A DNA stretch of 63,763 bases, counting the filler, from Pelomyxa schiedti (Eukaryota; Protista; Evosea), in assembly GCA_020536535.1 (NCBI GenBank). It is 13 parts of 13 records of this genome, joined end to end, with 100 filler letters (N's around TTAATTAATTAA, not from the genome) between each part and the next. Parts side by side here need not be neighbours in the genome. Positions count along the whole stretch, not along the records: positions 1 to 25,388 come from JAHLWZ010000457.1; 12 more parts are not named here. One strand, given 5' to 3'. Each line of letters opens with the position of its first letter. Positions within the stretch are counted from its first letter, which is position 1. Both the position numbers and the translations under genes were made by a program. Under the pieces are notes generated by a model. It saw nothing but the letters and a program-made list of their open reading frames with translations, had not been told where the DNA came from and did not search any database. This document shows positions 1 through 11,096 of this stretch, one piece after another.

Positions 1-147
1 GCGGCACGAACAACTGCCAAGTTACTGAAAATCCTGCAATCTAACTCAACAATTCACGATCCGGCTGCTGATGCAAGGGATCCAACGGCAGCCGCCTATC
101 TTCCACTTACTACCCCCACCAACAACAAAGAGAAAGCCAGAGTCTGA
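1..147 (+). CDS. 3' fragment of the hypothetical protein paralog; probable continuation of the 6631-7137 ORF
   Basis: Frame 1 reads AARTTAKLLKILQSNSTIHDPAADARDPTAAAYLPLTTPTNNKEKARV*. Nt 1-120 are the exact reverse complement of 960-1079, and nt 1-6 are the reverse complement of 6631-6636 at the gap edge. Confidence 0.6.
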   Translation, partial: AARTTAKLLKILQSNSTIHDPAADARDPTAAAYLPLTTPTNNKEKARV

Positions 148-374
148 CACAGTCGTCGTGCATTGGATGCGTTCACCCCCAACCCTGTTGCTGTATTCGG
201 TGCAGATAAAGTGTTCGTGCATATAAGGGCAACTTGCAGAGCATGGTTGATTTGCATTCCTTTTAAAGCAGTTGCCCCTTTCCACAGGTTCCTTTAGTTT
301 TGTATTTTTTTTTGTTTGTTTGTTTGTTTGTTTTTTTGTTAAGTCACTTTGTTTTTTGTGGGGAGAACCAATAA

Positions 375-1544
375 CTAATTTGTGATGAAGAAGAAGAAGA
401 AGAAGTGAGAGCTGCCGACCACAGATCCAGATTTGTCCCGGTGTTGAAGGTCTCGTCGATCTTGCACACGCATGTCAGTTTCCCTTTTTTGAAGCATGGC
501 TATATACTTGTTGGCCCGTGGTGATGGTGTTGTTGGCTTGTACCAATGATGCTTGGGGCTAATAATGGTTGCCTCCAAAAAACATGGTGGAATTTCGCAC
601 CACACCTCTTCTTTGGATGCAGGCTCCTCTTTAGTTGGTGTGGTTTGGAGGAAGACATCAACTTTGAATGGGGGAACACCAAAGTCACATGAGACATCCT
701 GGAACTCAATCTTGATATACTCATGGAGGGCATTGAACACCTTTGCTAACTTCGAGTTGTTCGTGTTGTGTTCAGGCTTCTCGTTGTCATTGTTGGGGAC
801 GAAAAGCTTGGCTGTAGGTCCGTAACTGAAGGGCTGTAAAGGTTGAACTTGTTGTTGTCCTGGTGCCGTACTTGCTGTTGTAGAAGTGGTGCATGTTGAC
901 GCACCAGACTGGGAAGAGGTGACGGATAACATCGACGATGATGCTGTCGTCGTGTTGCTGGTGGGGGTAGTAAGTGGAAGATAGGCGGCTGCCGTTGGAT
1001 CCCTTGCATCAGCAGCCGGATCGTGAATTGTTGAGTTAGATTGCAGGATTTTCAGTAACTTGGCAGTTGTTCGTGCCGCCGTGCATGGTGAACCATCAGG
1101 ACGGACTTGCGAAGCCCCTTGTACAGTGTACAGTTTGGCGTAGCCACTTGTATGCAACTCAGCCAAGCTACGATAGTCATACGACGTGGGGTGATTCACA
1201 GCGATCATTGGAAATACAGCTTTGAGGTCAATCGCCCTAGAAACGAGGTAGGCATACGCTACCCGAGGCGAAGATAGAGGGCGCGAGCTCGTGGCCACCA
1301 TCGACTCGGTTGGTTTCACGCGCCACATCGCGGCCCCGCTCGGCGCCGTCGGAGTCGGAGTCGGACTCGCAGACGACGATGGTATGGGAGGGGTCGTATT
1401 TGTTGTAGATGTCGTGGCGGCGTCAGGCTGCGCAGGCGCATCTGACGACCCCGTACTCTTGTTCTTGTTTCTGCGCTTTTTGTTCTTGCTCTTCTTCTTC
1501 TTGTTGGTATTGCCTTTCCATGTCTCGGTCGTGTTGTTGTTCAT
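375..1544 (-). CDS. Hypothetical protein with Lys/Asn-rich N-terminus and Ser/Thr/Pro-rich linkers (paralog 1)
   Basis: Long ORF from ATG 1544 (MNNNTTETW...). Shares the block MWRVKPT...HPTSYDYRSLAELHTSGYAKLYTVQG with the paralog at 6631-7137. Confidence 0.7.
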   Translation of the reverse strand: MNNNTTETWKGNTNKKKKSKNKKRRNKNKSTGSSDAPAQPDAATTSTTNTTPPIPSSSASPTPTPTAPSGAAMWRVKPTESMVATSSRPLSSPRVAYAYLVSRAIDLKAVFPMIAVNHPTSYDYRSLAELHTSGYAKLYTVQGASQVRPDGSPCTAARTTAKLLKILQSNSTIHDPAADARDPTAAAYLPLTTPTSNTTTASSSMLSVTSSQSGASTCTTSTTASTAPGQQQVQPLQPFSYGPTAKLFVPNNDNEKPEHNTNNSKLAKVFNALHEYIKIEFQDVSCDFGVPPFKVDVFLQTTPTKEEPASKEEVWCEIPPCFLEATIISPKHHWYKPTTPSPRANKYIAMLQKRETDMRVQDRRDLQHRDKSGSVVGSSHFFFFFFITN

Positions 1545-1676
1545 GTTGGCGTGTGTCTTTTTTTTGTTTTTGTTTTTGTTTTTAAAAAAAAGGAAATAGC
1601 ACAAATCCGAGAGCTTCCGATACAAAAATAGACGAGAAGGCATAGTAGAAGATTTTGAAGTCTAATATTGTTTGTT

Positions 1677-3250
1677 TCAAACAATGGCCGAAGTGACCTC
1701 TTGGTCAACACCACACTTGCCTTCTCCTCTTACCATTCTGAAGTAACCATCCTCACCCCAGCGACTTCCCCAGGAGTTCCTGCATGAGAGAGTTGATAGG
1801 GAAAAATCCATAAGGGGTTTGGGTTTACTTAATGCGCCAGTAGGGAGTTCCATTTTCTGTGCCATAGCCAACAAGCAAGACTGCGTGGTCAAGAGAGTCC
1901 TGCAAGTGTTATTTTTGGCTAGAGTGTAGTAATTATCGTTACTTTGGGGCAAACAGCAGGGTCCCAGATGCCACTGCGGTAAAACGAGAGGGATTCTGCA
2001 TTGATGAGCACTGAGAGAGGACCCTATCAACTCTGAGTCATCCATCAAGGTGTAATCTTTTGGCGCACCCGTGTGTAAAGTTCATTGGCCATGACAGTTT
2101 CATCAGATGCGATATATGTATAATTTGAAATAGAAGCAACCCAATTAGAAGGATCTGAGCCCATCTCGCAGTGTTGATCCGTCCTTAAGAGTAAATTCAA
2201 TGATTATGGTACACATAGTGACTAGAATACCAGGTTTGGTTACAGTAGAGGTCCCAGTGGGGCCCACATTTTGAAACATTGTACCCAGTGGCCATGCAGG
2301 GGTAACAATCTTTTTTGTTGTTTGAGTTTGACATCTTTTTTTGGGAACCGCAGTACGTACCTCCAGCTCCACAACAATAAGGATAATCCTTCTCAGACAT
2401 TATTCCGCCATGTGCAATTAGCCCTTTCATTATAATGAGGTAAGATTTTCACTTTTTTGGACAACATTCATATGCAGTATAAGGCCATCCTCCAAACATC
2501 CCGCAATCCAAATTATCGCAGTCACTCAACATCTCCTCTGATAAGGAAATGAGTGCGTTTCTGCTGAGGAACCATTGCCCTTCAATATTGCCTGGTGGTA
2601 ATGGGAATTAAGACAATAATCTTCTTTGAGGTGTATGCATACCTGTTGTTGAAAATGCCCAGCAAGTTCCACAAGAACCTAAGAAGTTGGTGAGTAACAA
2701 CACACCGTTTCAAGATTTCACCTTGGTCTTTAACTGCTGTAACAGCACCATGCTCCGTCCAATCCCATGCATCAGGAATGGAGGATAGTACAGTAGTTGC
2801 CACTGGAGAGTGAGGAGATGTCCCGGCCTTCATTGGAGGATTCAAGTACTTGTTTACAAACTCCTGAAAAAGGAATCAATCTGGTAGAAAAACTTTTGTT
2901 GTTAACTAATTAATTAGAAATGCGACACCTCCTGAGTCACATCAGCAAACTTGTCATTGAGGCCATACTGGGTAGTGGTTTGCTCCGCATTCAATTGTTG
3001 TATCCTCTTCACATTATCATAAAACACACCTAAAGCACAAGAGTTACCAAAACAAAAAAAAAAAAAATCCCAAGAGCAAGCAAACAAAGAAAAAACCCGT
3101 ACCCTTCCGGTAAAAGTACACATCCGAGCCCTCGGCGTACTCATGGCGCCTGTTAGCACGATAGAACGCCTCAAAACTGCCATCATCAGCATCACCAACA
3201 ACCAAGGATACACAAACCGCCACGACCACCAACACCCCTACACTCCTCAT
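1677..3250 (-). CDS. Papain-family (C1A) cysteine protease with signal peptide and I29 prodomain; multi-exon
   Basis: Spliced reading gives signal peptide MRSVGVLVVV, GLNDKFAD, IPDAWDWTEHGAVTAVKDQ|GSCGTCWAFS (catalytic Cys), LDHAVLLVGYG (His) and NSWGSRWGEDGYFR (Asn). Introns are GT-AG. Confidence 0.95.
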
Positions 3251-3362
3251 GAAAAGTTCGGTTTTTTCAAACTGTTGTTCCCTGAAAGTACCTTTTGAAA
3301 CGCACTATTTTTCGTTCGTGCAAAATCACACAACGCGGGTTTCTTTGAGGGTTCCACACACG

Positions 3363-5068
3363 TCAGGAAGAGGACGAGGAGAAGAATGAAGGCGAGTAAT
3401 CACCAGGCACACCGTCGAGGTTGTAGCCCCTCACTCGGTACCACACATCAGCGGACTGGGTGCGCGATGAGTCATACCACGGGGTATCATTGTCGTCGGC
3501 GCACTGGCTGCACACAACTTGCCAATCGGCGGCAGGCGAAGAGAATGACGGCGACGTTGACGACCTCTCGACGTCGTATGAGGAAGCTGCTGCGGCGCCG
3601 CGCCATGCAATGGTGCGAGAGGCGGAGCTGGCCGATGTGATTATGGGTGCCGGCGGAATGTTGTGGGAGGGAACTGATTGGGCTGACACTTTGAAGGCGT
3701 GATTGCGGAGCATTGTTACACGACTTTGCATGTCTGTTGTGTCTCCTGTTTTTGGGTTGAGTTGAGGAATGGGAATTTGGGAGGAACACCTGGATAGTGC
3801 AAAGTGAATCCATCGGAATGTTGGACAAAGCCATAGTTGTCGGCATGAGGGAATAATGACCAGAAGTTGTCACCGCACAGTTTTCCGTTGCCGACGTTGG
3901 TTTCGATAGCAGTTAAGAAGGATTCCAGGTCTCCTTGGGACCATCCGTATTCACCTAGTAAACACGTAAGATTAAATGCAAGACTGTGATATCTTTACCA
4001 ACAAAATAAACTTTGTTAGCGGCATATACTTGTGAAGCATCTCTATTCAATTTGGACACCTCCATGGGATAGAAATGGTCAGAATATATTTCCACACTAG
4101 AAATACTCAGGGCATCTGAATTTATTCCATATGTCCCATCCATTACAAGATGATTTTTGTCAATGGATTTAATGTGATCGGCAATTAACTGCATTGGGCA
4201 GTAGTTAGAAGCGAAGATGGAGCCATTTATTACGGTATGCCTTTGTCCAATTGGCAGGTGGGCTCAATTCGTTTCCAGTTTCCCAGGACATAATGGCAGG
4301 TTCGTCCATCAACCGAACTCCAGTGTAATTATTGACATGATATAGTAGGTTGTCGATATACTCCAGGAAGTCATTAATTACCTGCGTGTACTGTTTGCCG
4401 TAAAGCGTGATACAACCATCAAACTTGAGTGTCAGTGTAGAAGGTACTTTCATCTAGGCCTCTCCAGTCGCTGAAATCATGCTTCCCGCCATGGTAGTAG
4501 TGATAATTATCTTTGAATGGGTGCCTCAAAGTTAAAGGAGTTTATAACAGGGAAAAGAGAAATACCCGTGAGAGGTACCACCAGATATATACCCGCCTGT
4601 TTTGCGGAATACACAGCATAATCTATATATCCCAGTGCAACATCATTCCAGTTTGATAGAGATGTTTCCACACTTTTGCTGTTACCAGTCGACACACCCA
4701 CTGTGTGTGCCCGCACAACTCTGGAACCAAGTTCATTGAAAGTAGCCATTGCGTCATCCACTCTAAATTCCACAATTAACCAGGTTAATATTTGTATCAA
4801 GGAAAGCAAAAAGAGGCAAGCAGTAAAAAAAAAAAAAAAAAAAGCCAGCAACGAAAACCCCAAAGTGGTGCCTGAAATTAGTTGGATAATTCACTCCGTC
4901 CACGTTCTCGTCGAGTCCCAACCAGTAGGCATTCCCACCAGAGAAAGTGAATTTGTCACCATTGTCAAAAGTGAGGTACGTTCCAGAACGCCTTATAAAT
5001 TGACAATTGCATGCCACCACAAACGCCAAGCTCACAGTCACAACTAAACCCCAGAACGAAGGCTCCAT
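3363..5068 (-). CDS. Secreted glycoside hydrolase family 5, beta-mannanase-like, with C-terminal FN3-like domain; multi-exon
   Basis: Signal peptide MEPSFWGLVV, FSGGNAYWLGLDEN, RVVRAHTVGVSTG, IMSWETGNEL (acid/base Glu), IKSIDKNHLVMDG, YSDHFYP, and a C-terminal IAWRG...WYRVRGYN. Confidence 0.9.
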
Positions 5069-6030
5069 GATCAAAAACCGTTGTAGAGTCAGTTTAGTGG
5101 AAACTTGCAGAAGTTGTTCATTTCGTCCGCACAAAGGGCTCCGCTCCGCCTATTAGTACGCACTTTAGCTACCATTGACCCCAGGCCCGGGAGTACGAAG
5201 GAATGTGGAACCAGTGTTGGCGGGAACCCGGGAAAACGGGAAACGGGAAGAGAATTTGGGCGGGGCCCACTCCCGGGAAATGGGTGGGTCTTCCCGGCTC
5301 TTCCCGAATCTGCTGGGGAAATCTCTTATGTAAATTTCTGCTTACAAAGTCCTGAGGAACAACGACGGCGAGGCAAAGGACAGAGTGGAGGAACCAGCCG
5401 AAAAGCAAACCTAAGACATCTTGGCCCATGTCGATAGCCCCACACACCCGAACCTCGCGGCACCACTCCCAAACGGGTATAGCACCGATGCACCACCACA
5501 GGTGTTTCTCAAAGGGCATATTGGCTGAATAAAAAAAAAAAAACAGGAGACCATCCTGGGCCAATAACAAAAATTATGGCCTTACAGTCTGTTGTTCTGT
5601 TATTCAATTTTGATCCCAAGCCACATTCATCACACCTCACCACATTAGCATTCTTTGGAACTTCACATTATCCTTATGTACTAAGGTTCACTTTCCATTT
5701 TCAATGTTGTGTTAATTTACCATAAATCCATTAGTTAATCAACAAAAGTTACTTAAAAAAACAAAGATATACAAAAAAAAAAAATCAGAACATAACTACT
5801 ATGGTTAAATTGGGTGAAACAATGTTACAGCTTAAAATGATGCTTTGTAAATCACAAATCCAATGGAGTTTTGGTACAAAAACCAAAAAAAAAAAACAAA
5901 AGAAAACACATAGGCAACCACACAAAAAGTACTAGAAGTACTTTTTGTGTGGGGATATCTCTTAAAGTTGCACCGGACAATTTGACTGACGATCCCACCG
6001 GTAGGAAGAATTGAATACAGGATAAATGAA

Positions 6031-6140
6031 GGCCGGGTAGTGTAAAGGTATGTAACTCGGTCTTCATACTACAAGTCGTAGGTTCGATTCCAGGCGCATC
6101 CGAGGAGGACCAGCCAGGAGCGAATAATTTTTTTTTTTTT
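6031..6140 (+). pseudogene. Degenerate tRNA-like (Pol III) element, possibly a tRNA pseudogene or SINE head
   Basis: A-box-like TAGTGTAAAGG at 6038, B-box GGTTCGATTCC at 6081, CAT at anticodon spacing, and a downstream T-run. The cloverleaf stems pair poorly. Confidence 0.45.
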
Positions 6141-6270
6141 ATTTATTTAGGTAAATAACATGGAGAACAACGCGGGAGCAAGTGCATTAGTTGGTGGTTG
6201 TTTTACCACTGGGGAAAAGCCATGTTTTTTCACTGTTTTTAACAGGTTTGAGTCTGCAACATGTAGACAA

Positions 6271-6469
6271 GGTGGACAGTTGGTATTTCTAAGGGGAAAA
6301 TTTTTTTTTGTTTTGTGAAGAACATATGTGGACCCTTGTGAAAAAACAGCTGCCACCTCACACCAAACAAGTGCAAGGTAAATTTTTGTATTGTTACAGT
6401 GCATTATCCTCCTTTCCTTTCTCTTTGATTACTTATCTCCAATTAGTTGTTTGTGTTTTTGGTTTGTTG
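6271..6469. repeat. Dispersed ~200-bp repeat, copy 1 (inverted copy at 45030-45232)
   Basis: Near-identical reverse-complement match seen directly; the ORF track gives matching peptides (MHCNNTKIYLALVWCE..., SQGSTYVLHKTKKNFP). Confidence 0.9.
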
Positions 6470-6630
6470 GTGCCAAGCAGGAGATGGGGGGTGAGTGGAG
6501 GGGAGGGAGGAGAAGAAAGGTTGGTCTGAGNNNNNNNNNNNNNNNNNNNNNNNNNNNNNNNNNNNNNNNNNNNNNNNNNNNNNNNNNNNNNNNNNNNNNN
6601 NNNNNNNNNNNNNNNNNNNNNNNNNNNNNN

Positions 6631-7137
6631 TGCCGCCGTGCATGGTGAACCATCAGGACGGACTTGCGAAGCCCCTTGTACAGTGTACAGTTTGGCGTAG
6701 CCACTTGTATGCAACTCAGCCAAGCTACGATAGTCATACGACGTGGGGTGACTCACAGTGATCAGTGAAAACACATCTTTGAGTGAAGTCGCCGTAGACA
6801 CGAGATAGGCATACGCGAATCGAGGGGAAGATTGAGGGAGCGAGCTCGTAGCCACCATCGACCCGGTTGGTTTCACACGCCACATGGCAGCCGTGCTCGG
6901 CGGCATCGTCGCCGCAGACGACGATCCCGCCGTCGATGCTGCGGACGACGTTGTGTCAGGCGGTATCGGCGTATTCAACGGCGCAGATGTATTTTCTGTG
7001 GCGTCAGGCTGTAATGGTGCATTTGTATGTTTTGACGGTGGACTCTTATTCTGGTTTTTGTGCTTGCGGTGCTTGTTCTTTCCCTTCTTGTTCTGGTTGG
7101 TGTTGTTTGCTGTTTTCGACTCTGTGTTGTTGTTCAT
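6631..7137 (-). CDS. Hypothetical protein paralog 2, 5' part, truncated at gap
   Basis: MNNNTESK...MWRVKPTGSMVATSS...; 6631-6751 is identical to 1074-1194, and the rest is diverged. Confidence 0.75.
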
Positions 7138-7246
7138 CTTGTGCTGTCTTTGAGAAAAAAAATTAAGTCAAGTGATGGCTGTCTCAGATTTAACACTTTT
7201 TCTTTTACAGCTGTTCTCGCAGAAGCAACTCAATCGGGCTCAGTAA

Positions 7247-7735
7247 GTAGAGCACCCGTAGGCAAAAGCACCAGGGTTTTTAATCCCGCCAGCATTTTTT
7301 CGTTGAAAATCAACATTCTTGTTTTGGTAGGTGACTAAAAGCGGAAAGTCGGGTGACAGGACGGAGAGGTGCGAGAGAAGGTGATGGGGATGATAACGCA
7401 ATTACAACAACTCTTGGGGCAGTTAGCTGTACTGATTAATGTGCACACACTGTTGCCAATCAGTTCAACCCAACAAGTGCCTGAAGTGTGTGTCACAGGA
7501 GAGAGCAGACCCCACACACAAGGTGCAGACCTCCCCCTGTTGGAGTTGAAGCACCAAGTTTTGATAACTGGAAGCATCTGACAGCTAGCTACTTCTAAGT
7601 CTGTTTTTTCCCTTGGTTTGCCGTCGTCCTCAGCCTTCCGCTTTTAGTCACCTACCAAAACAAGAATGTTGATTTTCGACGAAAAAATGCTGGCGGGATT
7701 AAAAACCCTGGTGCTTTTTGACGAGACTGCTCTAC
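7247..7735. repeat. Inverted repeat: ~83-bp arms (7264-7346 / 7636-7718) with ~290-bp spacer; MITE-like or local inverted duplication
   Basis: The arms are reverse complements with one visible mismatch; weaker similarity extends to GTAGAGCA / TGCTCTAC. Confidence 0.9.
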
Positions 7736-8120
7736 AACGGCATCAATCTGCTGTGTGATGAGACCCCATTTATACCAACCGACACAAAGATTAAGTCTCA
7801 GCACAACACCGTAACCACTACTTGTGCTCTCCGGAGAGATTATGAGCCAACGAGCACTACAATTAAATTAGATATTAGATCCGATCTTGTTGTCAGGGCG
7901 ACTGTGACTTTGTTGGTCAAAGGTTCTGTCTAGGTTCTAGGGTTGTTGTTGCTCATCAACTGCGTGACTGAGTTTATGAGTGTGGTGTGGTGTCTGGGAC
8001 TTGTTCCTGTGTGTGGCTGATGCCGAAGGTGTTCTTGTTGTTGATGATGTAGTGGTTGCAGAGGACTTGTGGTGCCTCTTAAGGGTGGAGGATTTTGATG
8101 TTGATGCTGATGTTGGGGTT

Positions 8121-11033
8121 CTACTGGTGGACTTTCTTACGGCAGAGCAAGACCGGCACGACGTTGGCGTTGTTGCTGCAGAGCGCTTCTGGGCCGACTT
8201 CGGCGTCTTGGCCTTTGCGGCGGAATTCCTGAAGGCGCAAGGCGGCCTTATGGGAGACCGCCCAAGGGGTGTCCTGGGTGTCCGTGCTGATGTTTTGGTT
8301 AAATAGTGGGATAGACATATGGGTAATGGCATACGGGTTCCGGAAAAAAGAGACCTCATGAATCCCATTTGCTTTGAGGGGGTTTTGGAGACAAGTGGAG
8401 TGGGTGTTCCTATCTGTGAAGAAGCTGTGCTGGGGGTGGTGGTGACTTCCCAGTCATTTTGAGACTTCTGATGGATTGTGCAACGGTATCTTCGATCTGT
8501 TCAACTGAGATAAGCTATTTTCTCAAATGTGGGAAAAACTTTTCACTTCGGCGTTGCTTGTGACAAGCCCTTGGATAGTAGTGTTGAAGGATTGGACCCA
8601 TTCATTTTTCGAAGTGAGGGCGGCAAATTTACAGGGAAAGCTTCCCATGGGAGTCAGAATCGTAATCCTGGTTGCTATATACCCAATGAGTGTGGATTGA
8701 AGCACATTGGTTGCAAGTTAGAAGAATTACAATCGGGTACGGGGTCAACAATAAAAACAACAGCCAAGTCGCACTTCATCATAAGCGAATACACATCTCC
8801 CTCTTTTCTGTAGCACTCACTTTTAACAATAGATAGTTTTGGAGTATGTTACCTGCCAAGCATCACAGAATCTTCAAATAGACACAAGAGTGCAGAGTTA
8901 CCATTACACAAAACATTTACCTCCTTCACTATACCCTTACTGTCAAATATCTTTGTCAAAGTGAGGATTAGGAGGAAAAAAAAGGTACCACACCTCAGAG
9001 TTGTCTATCCCAACCATATGAGCGGCTAAATTAGCTAGTTGTTGGCTCTTTCTGTACTCTTCAACATTTGTATTCACTGCTGCAACAGCATCCTTGACAA
9101 TTTGCAAGGCTTGAGGCATAGTGGCATACTCAAAGTCGTTTGGAGAAAGGGTGTTGACAATTCTCTGTCAGTATATTTCATTTTTGGTTTAAAATAAGTC
9201 TCATAGGAACTACATATACTCGAAATCTTACCATTAAAAGTAAATGATACCTCTGTGAAGTTGGTGTTTGTTATGTTTCAGTTAATGAAAAGTGGATGAT
9301 ACAGTTATGCGTTGAATTGGCATGATCAAAACAGAAAACAATTCAGAAGCACCTTTCTCCTTTTCTATGGTAAAAATGCTTTTTACGAGATGGGAGAGTA
9401 TACTTTTAGCCATGAGGCAAATTTCATATTTGATTCTCGGAGATCCTTTAATTGGTTCAGAGTCTGATCATACTTCTGACAGTAGTCACCATGAAGTTGG
9501 GTTATAGATGGCATCTGTAGAGCATAGTAAATAGGAAAACTCCCAGTTGTTTTGTACCATAAACTCAACAATGTCTTTCATGGTGTTATGCACTGATTCT
9601 ACTTTCCCACAATCATACGCAGTGCGATTTTGCTTGTACCGTACAAACTGTGAAGGTGTTATCGTAAGTGAATTTGAGTGCCAATGTCTGGTGGGTCACA
9701 CACCGCTGATAAAACTTCTTGATGCAAAGTGTGGATTGCTTGAATTGAATTGACCAAATGAGAGCTGAGACCCTTGGGGACGGTTTTGTCTTCTAGCATT
9801 GGTCTGAGAAAAGTCTGTTGAAAAGTTAAAAGGGTTACAGAGGTGTAAGATGAACAACCTCAAGTGCGGTCTGTAATGCATTAACATAGTTCTGCTCAGT
9901 CACAACAAGTTCATCAACGGCAAAGACGCGATCATCCTAAAAAAGTAAAATCAATAAAATAAAGTCAAAATAAAATTCTAACCATTTGCTTCTTTTTAGG
10001 AGCTTCTTCTTGGTGTGGTAAAGGCGAAAAAATAAGATGGCGCCTGTGCCCAAGGTAAATTTTAAGGGGTTTCTATGCGCAAACCTTGTTATAGGGGTTC
10101 TTGGAGAAGATATTTTAATAGGAGTTCCTTGAATCCGGAGTTTGGGAGTTCTTGGAGATGCTACTTTACTGGGAGTTACCTGAAATCGGACTGTACAATG
10201 CAATTAATGTACTATCAAATCAAAGTGTACATACGAGGAGAATTTGCCATGGCACTAGTAACCTTCTTTGGAGTTGCTCTTATGGGAGTTGATGGTTGTG
10301 GTGATTGCACAAATTGCTGTATAGACACCCTGCGTTTCTTATTTGGAATCGTGTGCACCAGCTCCATCTCATTCAATTCTTTTCAATGACATTAAATAAC
10401 CACAAAAATAACACATAAAGGAAAGCAGCTCCATCAACAAAAAGAAAAAAATAACCGTAAGCGCATATTGGCGAAATGGTCTCCCATAATATCACACAGG
10501 CAGTAAGTAAGCACCACACTACCTTGGCTCCCTAATTTCGATTTCGGCGGCTCCCCCCGGTCCCGGCCCTCCCCTGGCCCCTCCGTAATGGGTCCCATAG
10601 TTCTCTTTTGTCCGACTGCCACTCCTTCGTCCCCCCCGTCTGCTTCTTCCCGGCCTTCTGCCCCACCGCCAGCGGCCTCCCCGCAGCCGCAACCACCGTC
10701 GCCGCCAGGGCCTTCCTCGCGCCGCAGGGACTGGTGGTGCCGCAGAGTGCGGTGCTCGCGCCTGCGGCGGTGGCGCCGCTCGTGCTCTGGCTGCTGCCGC
10801 CTGTGCTCGTGCTGGCTTGCTGCTCCGTCCCCCTGGTCGCCCCCCACATCGGAGTCTCGGCCAAGGGCGAGCCCCGCCTCCGCCTCTGCCTCCGCCCCCG
10901 TGGCCTCGCCGCCGTTGCTGCTCCCTTGCTGCACGACTCCTTGTTGTGCCGCCTCGGGGTAACGAGGATCCTCGTCGGTCTCGTACACGGGCTCCGTGCT
11001 CAGGTGCAGCGTTGGCACTTGATGTCGCTTCAT
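8121..11033 (-). CDS. RhoGEF (DH-PH) protein; multi-exon, 3' end uncertain (8121 or 7937)
   Basis: DH motifs AVDELVVTEQNYVNAL, HGDYCQKYDQTL...NMKFASWLK, FLIMPIQRI and ALQIVKDAVAAVNTNV are followed by PH-like LLCLFEDSVML. Exon 1 (11033-10522) splices in frame to SQ|ELNEMEL. Confidence 0.8.
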
Positions 11034-11096
11034 TGCGAAGCCCGAAGCCCAATTTGAAGGAGTGTTTATTCTTGTAAATAGCGCTATTCCCGGTAG

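Noticed and set aside
6031-6102. Functional tRNA-Met
   Set aside because: Acceptor, anticodon and T stems do not pair; kept only as a tRNA-like element.
10519-11077. Multiple overlapping long ORFs in GC-rich first exons (also 34377-35186, 43558-44726, 52854-53487, 62775-63530)
   Set aside because: Shadow ORFs caused by high GC content, lying opposite or overlapping real exons.
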